A stretch of 64,000 nucleotides of DNA from an uncultured virus (IMG/VR IMGVR_UViG_3300029305_005079). Lineage: Duplodnaviria > Heunggongvirae > Uroviricota > Caudoviricetes. The notes under the pieces are model-generated. The model saw nothing but the letters and a program-made list of their open reading frames with translations, did not search any database and was not told where the DNA came from. Each line of letters starts with the position of its first letter. The first letter of the stretch is position 1. Made by a program: the position numbers and the translations under genes. The stretch lies in the IMG/VR virus record IMGVR_UViG_3300029305_005079, one strand, 5' to 3'. Of this stretch, positions 49,694 through 59,301 are shown piece by piece.

Positions 49694-50539
49694 ATGGATA
49701 CAATCAGGACTTTTTATGATGGGCTTGATACTCATGACAAGCTCGGATATAATACATTTAAAACCTCTATCGATGTAAGAAATGCTGAAACTGGCGAAGT
49801 TATTTTTAAGAATCTTAAGAATAAGGTAATCATTCCTGGTTCTGGATTTATTGCTCGTAAACTGTTTGACATTTCTTCTGAAGAGATTACACCTAGTTAT
49901 AATACTGCATTTGGTAGTGCCATGTATACTCCTACTACCGATGCGGCTCCTACAACTATTGATGCAAAGACTGTAGCTACTAAGGACAATCATAAGGTTC
50001 TCTTGTTCTGTTGTGGTATTGATGGTTGTGGAACTCAGAACTCCCAGGTTTATCCTGTAGACTATAAGAAGTGGATCGCTACTGAAAATCTGATTCCCTT
50101 TAGATATCAGCTCGGTTCCGATGATATTAGTGATGATCTTAGAGAGTCTTACTTCGGTCGTACCGAAATCAATGGTGGTGAATACATCGCTTACTATTTT
50201 AAGAGATTCGAAGAAGTTCCTACTCTTGTACAGCAGTTTATCGATGGTACCCCTGTAAATGCAGACATCTATAATTCTGTAAAGGCCGAGAGTGCTGAAA
50301 CTTATGTAGAGATGAACCTTAAGATCACTAAGCAGGATATTAGAGATTACTTTGTTGCTACCGTTGGTATCGATGAAGCAAGAATCAACTCTATTTCTCT
50401 CTGTTCTGCATATCCTGTAGAGGAGAATGGTCATCTTTACTTTAAGGATATTCGTCCTGTAACCAAGCTCAATTTCCCGAATGAGCAGTTCATCGACGTA
50501 TCCAAGGGTATTGATATTATTTATCACATCTATATGTAA
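49694..50539 (+). CDS. Putative baseplate/tail structural protein
   Basis: Late promoter at 49649-49661, codon bias and beta-rich sequence. Confidence 0.5.
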   Translation: MDTIRTFYDGLDTHDKLGYNTFKTSIDVRNAETGEVIFKNLKNKVIIPGSGFIARKLFDISSEEITPSYNTAFGSAMYTPTTDAAPTTIDAKTVATKDNHKVLLFCCGIDGCGTQNSQVYPVDYKKWIATENLIPFRYQLGSDDISDDLRESYFGRTEINGGEYIAYYFKRFEEVPTLVQQFIDGTPVNADIYNSVKAESAETYVEMNLKITKQDIRDYFVATVGIDEARINSISLCSAYPVEENGHLYFKDIRPVTKLNFPNEQFIDVSKGIDIIYHIYM

Positions 50540-50635
50540 TAATACGCTCCCGAGTAGAGTTGTTTCTACTCGGGAGTTTAGTCTTATTTAGCTCAGCACA
50601 ATATATTAAGAATAATAAGAAAGGAGGAAACTCTT

Positions 50636-51247
50636 TTGAATATGTCAATGGAAGAAATGCAAGAATATATTAAACTTCTTGAAGCAGATCTTGCCAAAGA
50701 AAAGGCTGCAAGAGAAGAAGAACAAAATATGTATAAAGAATTGGAAAATGATTATGAGCATACTATAGATTCGCTTAGACGAGAACTCGCTAATGCCAAC
50801 GGTAAAATAATTTCTCAAAATATTATTCTCGAATCTTATAAAGACAAGGTTGGCACTCCTGTCATAGTAGAAGGAGCAGAATCCGATCTTTATAAAGGCG
50901 AACAAAAAGATTTTATTATTGAACTTATTAGACGAGCTATGGGGGCAAGTCCTAAATATACGCGAAATTATCGAATCTGCGAATCTTTATTAGGCGCTAA
51001 TGTAGAAGTTGGCGAACGAGCTAGAATTAAAGATACTATAGCCAATATACTTAAAAGCTATTCTGGTATGACTAATGATACTATATCTGCTCTTAATGAT
51101 ATTGGAATCAAAGTTATAGATTGTAAAAACCATTTTAAATTGGTATTAGCTGGAGATGAAAGATATATAGTATCCATCTCCCACAGTCCTTCTGATGTAA
51201 AATGCGGACTCAATGCCACATCTGATATAAATAGATGCTTCTTTTAA
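50636..51247 (+). CDS. Coiled-coil hypothetical protein
   Basis: ORF with strong RBS and downstream terminator. Confidence 0.7.
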   Translation: MNMSMEEMQEYIKLLEADLAKEKAAREEEQNMYKELENDYEHTIDSLRRELANANGKIISQNIILESYKDKVGTPVIVEGAESDLYKGEQKDFIIELIRRAMGASPKYTRNYRICESLLGANVEVGERARIKDTIANILKSYSGMTNDTISALNDIGIKVIDCKNHFKLVLAGDERYIVSISHSPSDVKCGLNATSDINRCFF

Positions 51248-51337
51248 GATAGAAGGACTTTTACGTCCTTCTATCATTCATTTTAGTCTATTTGAACTTA
51301 TAAATAATACTATGACAAGAGAGGAGATTTTAGTATT

Positions 51338-52594
51338 ATGGCTATTCAGAAACGAGTCTCTAAAACAATCACTAAAGCTGAAGAGATTGAGTATCTTATT
51401 GGCTTAAAAGAAGATGATATTACTATGAGTCTTGTAATGGAACTCTTTGCAGACTTTAATAAATATCAGAAATATAATCCTTATGATATTATTACCATTC
51501 CTACCGGTGGATATGGTGGAAAGACTCCAGATGGTAAAGAAAAGAAAAATAAACAGCCCTTCACTACAACTGTAGGAAGATTGATCTTTAATAAATATTT
51601 TATCGAATCCGATCCAGAGCTTTTGGCAAGGATTGGATATGTAAATGAAAACGTAAATAAGAAAATGTATGGTAAGCTCTTCGACCAGCTTGGATATGAT
51701 GTATTAGAAGATAGAATAAGCATAGATGCATATAAGAGATTCTGTAAAAAGAGTCAAAAGTTTATGCCTTTTGTAAGCATTCTCGCTCCCAATCATTCAG
51801 ACAATATGCTTACCATTACTAAGAAAATTAATAAGAAGAAGGCAGAATTGATTAAAGCAAATCAAGAAGCTTTCGATAAAGGTGATGTAATTGTAGTAGA
51901 TAAAGTAAGTAAAGAGCTTCTTGAGTATGCTAGAGAGTTGATGAAAGATGATCCTGCAATGGATATGTTTTTATCTGGTGCGGGAGGATCTTTTGAAAAC
52001 AACTTCAAAAATATGTTTATCATGAGAGGTTCTGTACAAGACCCAGATCCTAGAAAAAGCTATAATATCATTACATCGAATTATGTAGATGGAGTATCTA
52101 AAGAAGAATACTCTAAACTAGCAAATACACTTGCCGCAGGCCCATATTCTAGATCTAAGAAAACTGAGCTGGGCGGATATTGGGAGAAACTTTTTCTCAC
52201 CTCGCTACAGCATGTTATCCTGGATGAACCCGGATCTGACTGTGGTACAAAGAGACATATTACTCTTAAAGTAACCGATAAGAATATTGGTTCTATAATG
52301 TATTGCTATGTAATAAATGCTGATGGATCCCTCACCGAGATTACATCTGAAAATAAAGAAAAGTTTATAGGAAAGACTATTAAGCTTAGATTCTCATCAA
52401 TGTGTGAGTCCAAATCTGGTATTTGCAACAAGTGCGCTGGTAATCTATTTTATAGACTTGGTATTCGCAATATCGGTGCGGCAACGCCTCAGATTCCGTC
52501 TAGGCTTAAAGTTTTATCTATGAAGCTATTCCATGATGATCAGCTTAATTTTACCGAGATGGATCCTATGGCAGCATTTTGTCCAGACGATTAA
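51338..52594 (+). CDS. RNA polymerase beta-prime middle/C-terminal subunit (probably virion RNAP)
   Basis: TTVGRLIFN, SGAGGS, KTELGGY, DCGT and ICNKCAG; late-type promoter at 51295-51307. Confidence 0.88.
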   Translation: MAIQKRVSKTITKAEEIEYLIGLKEDDITMSLVMELFADFNKYQKYNPYDIITIPTGGYGGKTPDGKEKKNKQPFTTTVGRLIFNKYFIESDPELLARIGYVNENVNKKMYGKLFDQLGYDVLEDRISIDAYKRFCKKSQKFMPFVSILAPNHSDNMLTITKKINKKKAELIKANQEAFDKGDVIVVDKVSKELLEYARELMKDDPAMDMFLSGAGGSFENNFKNMFIMRGSVQDPDPRKSYNIITSNYVDGVSKEEYSKLANTLAAGPYSRSKKTELGGYWEKLFLTSLQHVILDEPGSDCGTKRHITLKVTDKNIGSIMYCYVINADGSLTEITSENKEKFIGKTIKLRFSSMCESKSGICNKCAGNLFYRLGIRNIGAATPQIPSRLKVLSMKLFHDDQLNFTEMDPMAAFCPDD

Positions 52595-52621
52595 TACTTT
52601 TTATATAAGGAAGTGGTTTTA

Positions 52622-53431
52622 ATGTTTAAAAAAGCATGGTCGATTATTAAGTCAATTGTAGATCTTGCAGTAGGTATCATCATGCGAGTTAAAAAGGATG
52701 ATAAAATTGTTGTAGACAAAGAAATCCTTGATAATGTAGTAGATGATACTAAAGAAACAATTGATGAAATTAAAGACATCACGAAGAAAGAAGAAACTCC
52801 AAAAGAGGAAGCAACTCCAGTAGAGCCTGAATCAGACCCTAAGCCTGAAGAATCAGAGCCTTTGGAGGAGCCTGTTATTCCTCCTTTTGTAGAAGATGTT
52901 CCTGAAAAGGAGCTTATCTCTATCGATCTTTCTAAAGAAGAAGTATTCAAAATGCTTAGAGAAGCTGGATTAACCGATGCTGGTGCAGCAGGCTTGATGG
53001 GCAATCTTCAAGCAGAATCTGGCATCAGATCTATTAATCTTCAGAATACTTATGAAAAGAAATTTAGCATTAACGACGAAGAATATACTGAAGCCGTTGA
53101 CTCTGGTAGATATGATAAAGATATCTTTATCAATGATAGAGCTGGCTATGGCATAGCTCAATGGACGTTCTGGAGCAGAAAGAGAGATCTTTATGAGTAT
53201 GCTCAGTCCATTGGTCATTCTATTGGTAGTTGTAAAATGCAAGTAGAGTTTCTTATTAAAGAGCTTAATAAGGACTTTAGAAAGGTTATGGAAGTTTTAA
53301 AGACTACAGATTCTGTACAAGAAGCTTCCGATATCGTTCTTGAAAAATTCGAAGCTCCAGCAGTTCTCAATTACGATGCTAGACGTGAAATGAGTCAATC
53401 ATTCTACGATCAATTTGCAGGAAAGTTCTAA
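52622..53431 (+). CDS. Phage tail lysozyme-family muralytic enzyme
   Basis: AGLMGNLQAESG, GYGIAQWT, QVEFLIKEL and FEAP. Confidence 0.85.
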   Translation: MFKKAWSIIKSIVDLAVGIIMRVKKDDKIVVDKEILDNVVDDTKETIDEIKDITKKEETPKEEATPVEPESDPKPEESEPLEEPVIPPFVEDVPEKELISIDLSKEEVFKMLREAGLTDAGAAGLMGNLQAESGIRSINLQNTYEKKFSINDEEYTEAVDSGRYDKDIFINDRAGYGIAQWTFWSRKRDLYEYAQSIGHSIGSCKMQVEFLIKELNKDFRKVMEVLKTTDSVQEASDIVLEKFEAPAVLNYDARREMSQSFYDQFAGKF

Positions 53432-53551
53432 AAACAAATTGTCCAACAAGGTTTTATCCTTGTTGGACTTTTGTCTTTCTTCGACTATATACTATAATAA
53501 TGAAGAAAGAAATATATTTTACATTCCTTGGAGGGGAGATGATTTATAATT

Positions 53552-53641
53552 ATGTTGTTTAAACTTTTAAATGCAATATTTAGACTTATTCTAAATATCG
53601 AAACCATTAAATGGTTTAAGAAAAGAAAGGGTAACCATTAA
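53552..53641 (+). CDS. 29-aa amphipathic cationic peptide
   Basis: MLFKLLNAIFRLILNIETIKWFKKRKGNH between an early promoter and a terminator. Confidence 0.45.
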   Translation: MLFKLLNAIFRLILNIETIKWFKKRKGNH

Positions 53642-53708
53642 ACCCTTTCTTTTTTGTAAAATATAAGCCCTAAAACTATATAATAATTAATTTATCTTAT
53701 ATACCAAA

Positions 53709-54281
53709 TTGGGGGATGCTATGGGTATACGAACAGCAATTCAAGAATATAAAGAGACTATTAGAAGGAATAAATTATATAAAAGCTTTTGTAATGAGAT
53801 CTATAATGACCATATAAAGAATTGGAATAATATCATAAAAAGAGTTATAGATATTAATAATGCCAGAAGTTTAATTGGTCTTGTGCGTAGAGATCGATTT
53901 GAAAAGGTTTATAAAATTTTTAATCGTAGAGGGGATAATATTTATGTATGTGCGCTGATGTACATCAACACGGCTGCAGATGAAGATATTCAATTCTACG
54001 ATAACGAGTGGAGAGAGTATACTGAAAACTATACGGCGAATAAAGTAATATTTGAAGTTGCTGGTAGACTTGCTTCATACAATGAAAAGAATGAAATAGG
54101 CTTTATTGAATTTGCTATAGAGAGCTTTTTCGGTTATGGGGTAACTGTAAATGCTATTATTAGCGAAGAGGATATAAAGAAATATTTTAAAAGTAAAGGA
54201 GCGCGAAACCAATGGGAACTAAAACTACTAACGAAACTAAGCGAAAAAGAAGACCAATCGCAGAAAGACAAAAGCCATTAA
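53709..54281 (+). CDS. Hypothetical protein
   Basis: 190-aa ORF. Confidence 0.65.
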   Translation: MGDAMGIRTAIQEYKETIRRNKLYKSFCNEIYNDHIKNWNNIIKRVIDINNARSLIGLVRRDRFEKVYKIFNRRGDNIYVCALMYINTAADEDIQFYDNEWREYTENYTANKVIFEVAGRLASYNEKNEIGFIEFAIESFFGYGVTVNAIISEEDIKKYFKSKGARNQWELKLLTKLSEKEDQSQKDKSH

Positions 54282-54778
54282 ATGTATCTATCGATGAGCT
54301 TAATCTAATTTCTGCATTTGCTAATATCATTTATGATAAGTTTTCGCTACATATGATGAATGAATCATATGAGAAAAAAGAATATCTTACATCAGATGAT
54401 ATCAATAAGGTTATTGCTAGCGGTAGCAATGGAGCATATCTTAATATTGAATTCCATCTATATCCTGAATGGATTGATCATTCTTGGGCTAATGGACATT
54501 TTGAAGATGGTATTAAGACCTTTGCTAAGATTAATAGATATTTGAATTATTCTAATGAAAATGGAAAAATCAAATTAGAAAACTCTGACCTCTATCCGTA
54601 TTTCAATATATCTATTACTGATCTTGAAGATGGCTTCTTTAAAGTAAAGATTTATTCAAGAAGAAAATTCTCGGTTACTACCGATAAATATAATTATAAG
54701 ATCTATAATGTAGATGAGGAGACAAAGAAAGAAAAGAAAAGTTTCTTTAAGAGACTATTTTCCAAATCTTCAAAATAA
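54212..54778 (+). CDS. Hypothetical protein
   Basis: 188-aa ORF. Confidence 0.65.
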   Translation: MGTKTTNETKRKRRPIAERQKPLNVSIDELNLISAFANIIYDKFSLHMMNESYEKKEYLTSDDINKVIASGSNGAYLNIEFHLYPEWIDHSWANGHFEDGIKTFAKINRYLNYSNENGKIKLENSDLYPYFNISITDLEDGFFKVKIYSRRKFSVTTDKYNYKIYNVDEETKKEKKSFFKRLFSKSSK

Positions 54779-54781
54779 GTA

Positions 54782-54798
54782 TATATTATATTCTAGAA
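54782..54798 (+). promoter_or_regulatory. Putative early promoter TATATTAT-N6-GAA overlapping a 13-bp inverted repeat
   Basis: Consensus match; ATTCTAGAATAGG/CCTATTCTAGAAT. Confidence 0.65.
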
Positions 54799-54845
54799 TA
54801 GGTGTCCGCCTATTCTAGAATTTTTATTTCAAAGGAGACAAAACT

Positions 54846-55667
54846 ATGAAAGAACAACACAAGACGTTCAAAACAAGATTTGGCGAATATCTCGTCTTTT
54901 ATTGGTTTGAGCAGAAACTCGAAGATCACATGAGATTTATATGTGATGACACGTTTGGTCTGATGAAAAACGCAGGCTGTAAACAATATAATTCGATTAT
55001 TGTAATCGAGCATATTAAACCCCTTTCTAAAACATTCTTTAGAAAGTTTAAAAATGAGCTTAGAGAGCAAGTGTTCGAAGAAACCAAGAGAGCCCTTAAA
55101 GCATTCTCTATTTTTCATGATGGTAAGCCTATTGTAATGCAAGTATACCCCGATAAAGATCTCGATAGTGAAATATCTTGCGATATCAATATCGACGGTA
55201 TAGATAAAGATACGTATCGTATTACTTCTTCTGGACAAATCTACTTCAAAAACTGGTTTGAAGATGAGCATCCTTTGGAACAGATCCTAACCTCTAAAGG
55301 TTACTGCGTTCAATTAAGAAAAGAAGATGGATCAGAAGCATGGTTTAATGTAGCATCAATTTTCAATCAACTATTTAAGCCCGAATTACTCGATACCGAA
55401 ATTGAAAGATATTTCGATACGGAAATCGAACGGCTTGCTAAGCAATATAATGAACTCGGATTCCTAGATTTGCAAGAGTATAGCTTATTCGAATATTCTC
55501 ATGCGCTAATCTACGGAAATGAAGTTGGTCATGCTATTTATAATAGAGCTTTAGAGGTAACAGCTAAAGATAGAGATATTATAAATAATGGCCGTATAGT
55601 TGAAAATCAAGTTTGGGAGGACGATAATAATGAATCTCGCAATGACAATAGATCTGAAGAAGACTAA
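54846..55667 (+). CDS. Hypothetical protein
   Basis: ORF with AAGGAG RBS. Confidence 0.75.
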   Translation: MKEQHKTFKTRFGEYLVFYWFEQKLEDHMRFICDDTFGLMKNAGCKQYNSIIVIEHIKPLSKTFFRKFKNELREQVFEETKRALKAFSIFHDGKPIVMQVYPDKDLDSEISCDINIDGIDKDTYRITSSGQIYFKNWFEDEHPLEQILTSKGYCVQLRKEDGSEAWFNVASIFNQLFKPELLDTEIERYFDTEIERLAKQYNELGFLDLQEYSLFEYSHALIYGNEVGHAIYNRALEVTAKDRDIINNGRIVENQVWEDDNNESRNDNRSEED

Positions 55668-55929
55668 TCGTTTTATCGGTCCTAGGCCCGTTATGGAGAA
55701 AATCTCTAGAAATCTTGTATTTATAAATATAAAAGATACTAGAGAGGCTTATCATGTAATTTGTGATATATATCTTGCAACCGGCAAATATGTAGGATTT
55801 GATGTTGTAAGCTGTAATATCATGAACGAAACCGATGCCTACAATGCATCGGTTATAATCACTAAAAACGAAAAAGGAGAATTCAAGAAATGGGTAAGCA
55901 CTACAATGACTTGTCGCGCCGAGCATTGA
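55600..55929 (+). CDS. Hypothetical protein (start probably ATG 55630)
   Basis: ORF with GGAGG RBS. Confidence 0.6.
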   Translation: MKIKFGRTIIMNLAMTIDLKKTNRFIGPRPVMEKISRNLVFINIKDTREAYHVICDIYLATGKYVGFDVVSCNIMNETDAYNASVIITKNEKGEFKKWVSTTMTCRAEH

Positions 55930-56183
55930 TCAAGCTCGGTAACGACTTCGACCAAGAACACGATGCTGAACTTCTTCAGTATCTTACGGAGCATGGAGAT
56001 GAATATGAGAATATTCGTCCCGTAGAAAAAGTAATAGAAAAAGCAGACCATCTTAAAGAAGTAGCTGGAGTTTCAACTAGCGTTGTTAAGAAGGTCCTTG
56101 CTAATGAAGCAGATAGAATGATCGATGCCGTTATCGATTCTTTAACTGATACAGCGGATGCATTGCTTAAAGGAGGAAAATAA
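55890..56183 (+). CDS. Hypothetical protein
   Basis: ORF with AAGGAG RBS. Confidence 0.65.
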   Translation: MGKHYNDLSRRALIKLGNDFDQEHDAELLQYLTEHGDEYENIRPVEKVIEKADHLKEVAGVSTSVVKKVLANEADRMIDAVIDSLTDTADALLKGGK

Positions 56184-56184
56184 T

Positions 56185-56691
56185 ATGAAAAAGAAAGTTA
56201 TCTTAAGAGTTTATGATATTAAGAAAGAAATGACTTCTATTTTTATCGTAGATGAGGAAGAAGCAAATTCTGTAATCCATATGACAAATGAATGTCCAGT
56301 TAAGATATATCTTTCATCCAAGATGGATACAGAACCTATTAAGCTGAAGAATAATGCTGAAATTAGCGATTATGCTAAATACTTTGATATTCTGGAAGTA
56401 TTTGAATGCTGTAAAAATATTAATCCAGAATGTATTCATTTTCTTGCAGAAGAAGCAGCATTTTCAGAAGAATATTGCGAATATATTCTTGATCTCTGCG
56501 AAAGACTTTCTCAAGACTCTAAGTATGTCGAAATTGCTAAAAGAATAGCAGATACTATTCTTGAGGAATCGGTTAATATTATAAAAGCTCATATGGCATG
56601 GGTAGAGAAAGCGTATTACAGCTTCCATAATAAAAATAAACCAGATACTATAGATATAGATGCTATCGATAATCGACCTGAAGAAGGTTGA
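56185..56691 (+). CDS. Hypothetical protein
   Basis: ORF with AGGAGG RBS. Confidence 0.7.
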   Translation: MKKKVILRVYDIKKEMTSIFIVDEEEANSVIHMTNECPVKIYLSSKMDTEPIKLKNNAEISDYAKYFDILEVFECCKNINPECIHFLAEEAAFSEEYCEYILDLCERLSQDSKYVEIAKRIADTILEESVNIIKAHMAWVEKAYYSFHNKNKPDTIDIDAIDNRPEEG

Positions 56692-56736
56692 TTTTTATGG
56701 CATCAAAAACATTCTAATAGGAGGTGTTAATAACTT

Positions 56737-58629
56737 ATGGCAAAGATGACAGTAAATACAAGGTACTCGAAGGATGACAACTATGAGTACGAAACTCGTC
56801 TTGAACGTATTAATATGGATACAGAACGAAGAAAAGACGTACTTTCAGGTAACGGCTTTATCGTAAGTTCTCCCAAAGCAATCAAAGACGACATTAAAGA
56901 CCCGAACGGTATCTATTCAACAAAGTATGGTCCTGGTCTTCAGGATGCTAATGCTTTTGGTAATAGATATAGATGTAAATGTGGACATACTACGTCAAGA
57001 TTCTATCATGGTCTTGTATGTGAAGTATGTGGAGAAAAGGTAGAATTTAAGGATGACAACTTTAGCATGTTTGGCTATATTTGTCTTAAGAATCCTTATT
57101 ATATCATTCATCCCAACCTATTTATGTCTCTCGCTTTCTTTATTGGTGAAAAAGATTTTATGGGTATAATCACACCAGATGATAGAAAAGACGAAGATGG
57201 TCATGAGATTGAAATTAAAAGACCTAAAGACGAACCTTTTAGAGGTATCGGTATGATGGATTTCTATGAAAGATTTGATGAAATCATGGAATACTATTGT
57301 GCTAAGAAACCTCAGAAACGTGAATATTATGATAATATTATGGAAGACAAGGATAAAGTATTTATCCAATCTATTCCTGTATTTACCATTCACTTAAGAC
57401 CATTCAGATTAGATGGCGGTGTATTCCACTTTGAGGGAACTAATGCTACCTATAATATGATGGCAAACATAGCTGCCAGAATTAATGATGATAAGACGGC
57501 TATGAATAGAAAAAAGAAACCTAAAAATCAGCTACTATTTGATCTTCAGATGAAATATAGAGAGCTCTATGATGAAATCAGAAAGATTATAAGTGGTAAG
57601 AAAGGATCTAGAGAGTTCTTATGGATCCCTGTAGCGAAATCTACAGAAAACAACCTCTTGAATTGCTGGAAGGCTAAACTCGAAAGAGCATGCTAATCAG
57701 CAGCGAAGTAAGATATATGGCAGGATGGCGAAATTGGAAAACGCAATCGACGGGCTTATATCTATATGAGCTACACACTCATGATATAAGAATTGATTTA
57801 CTGGTTCTAATCCAGATCCAAACTGGGGGTTCGAGCCCCTCTCCTGCCACCATTCTTAAACGTTCAACGACTATCGAAAGACGTCTATTATAGATGAATC
57901 TAGTAGAGTAGGAGAAATCCGAAGTGGGAGGATCCCAAACAAGTAAAGCTGTGGGATAAGATATAGTCTGATCCATAGTGAAAACTATGTGGCTCAATGA
58001 TAAGAGCACTTTTCGGGGGACGATATAACTTTACAGCAAGATCTGTTATTGCCCCCGGTCCTGATCTTAGGATCGATGAAGTTGCTCTGAGTTATCCGTG
58101 TTTGTGCGGATTACTTCAGCAACGAATTATTAATATACTTCATAAATCTTATTTTATGAAGTATAATGATGCATATAAGCTTCTTCATGAATCCATGCAT
58201 CAAGAGAATCCTATCATTAGACAGATAATAGAAGGTATTATTAAGTCTACCGATAGAGGAATTCCTGTATTGATTAATAGAAATCCTACAATATCTTATG
58301 GTGGTATCTTACAAGTATATTGTAGTAGAATTTCTGAAGGATATACAATGCTATTGAATCTGCAGATCCTTGAAGGATTGGCTGCAGACTTTGATGGAGA
58401 CACCTTAAATATCCTTCTTATTATTAATCAAGATTTTCAACAAGCTGCAGAGTATGTATTTAATCCTCGTAATTCGATGTATATATCTAAGAATGATGGT
58501 ATGTTTAATAACTCATATAATCATAAGAGAGATACAATCATTAATATGAATACATTAGTACAGCTTAGTAGAAGTAAATATAGTGCTGATCAGATTGCAG
58601 CTATTAAGGCTGCGCAGGCTACTGTATAA
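56737..58629 (+). CDS. RNA polymerase beta-prime N-terminal catalytic subunit, spliced: join(56737..57609,58000..58629), 500 aa
   Basis: RCKCG..CEVCG Zn finger; spliced GKKGS-IRALFGGRYNFTARSVI; NRNPT and ADFDGD. Confidence 0.92.
57610..57999 (+). mobile_element. Group I intron without ORF, containing a tRNA-like element
   Basis: P1 GGATCT/GGATCC with U-G; P10 TCTTAT/ATAAGA; same core elements as intron 1; terminal G at 57999. Confidence 0.92.
57719..57852 (+). tRNA. Atypical 134-nt tRNA-like RNA nested in the intron; anticodon ambiguous
   Basis: GGCAGGA/TCCTGCC acceptor stem plus ACCA, Leu-like D arm, GGGGG-TTCGAGC-CCCTC T arm, expanded centre. Confidence 0.8.
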
Positions 58630-58638
58630 AATAATAAT

Positions 58639-58675
58639 AGACTCGGGTTAGAAATAACCCGAGTCTTAATTTTAT
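58639..58675 (+). terminator. Intrinsic terminator-like hairpin
   Basis: AGACTCGGGTTA-GAAA-TAACCCGAGTCT. Confidence 0.7.
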
Positions 58676-58693
58676 TAAAAGGAGATTTTTATT

Positions 58694-59173
58694 ATGCTTT
58701 TACTTAAATTTGTAAATAAGATCGTTAATAAACAATCTAGGATGCAAAGAGAAAGCATGACGGATATCTTGATATACAAAGATGTAGATAAACGATATCA
58801 AGATATACGCATGGCGTATTTTTCTAATGGTATTAGATATGTAGCTCATAATGTTGTAAATGACAGAGAATCTTATAATGGAAAAATCAAATTCGAAACC
58901 AAGAGAGTTCCTGCTGTTCTTACTATTGATAGAGTACATGTGTATCAGGTAGGAAATCGCTATGAATGCAGATATAGAATTTGCGATGGCGATAGAGAAG
59001 CTATCTATAATTTCAAAGGCATTCCAAAATTTAACGAGAAAGATAATAATATAATTAAATCTATAACTGTAAATAATGGTACAACCGGAGTTTGGATAGT
59101 TATAGAAATGACCAATGATAAGCCTAGATTAATTATATTCAATCTGGAAAAGACATCTATTATTTCCGAATAA
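58694..59173 (+). CDS. Hypothetical protein
   Basis: ORF with RBS and downstream terminator. Confidence 0.7.
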   Translation: MLLLKFVNKIVNKQSRMQRESMTDILIYKDVDKRYQDIRMAYFSNGIRYVAHNVVNDRESYNGKIKFETKRVPAVLTIDRVHVYQVGNRYECRYRICDGDREAIYNFKGIPKFNEKDNNIIKSITVNNGTTGVWIVIEMTNDKPRLIIFNLEKTSIISE

Positions 59174-59301
59174 TATAAAGAAAGGCGATGATCATCGCCT
59201 TTCTTTTTTTTTGTAATCGTAGATATATTTGATTATATATTATAGCCTTGAATAGGAAGTTCACAGGTCCTATTTAAAATCAGACAAAAATTTAAAGGAG
59301 G

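Noticed and set aside
57690..58009. Short ORFs 57690-57893 (+) and 57779-58009 (-)
   Set aside because: They lie within the intron core and tRNA-like element, which explain the sequence
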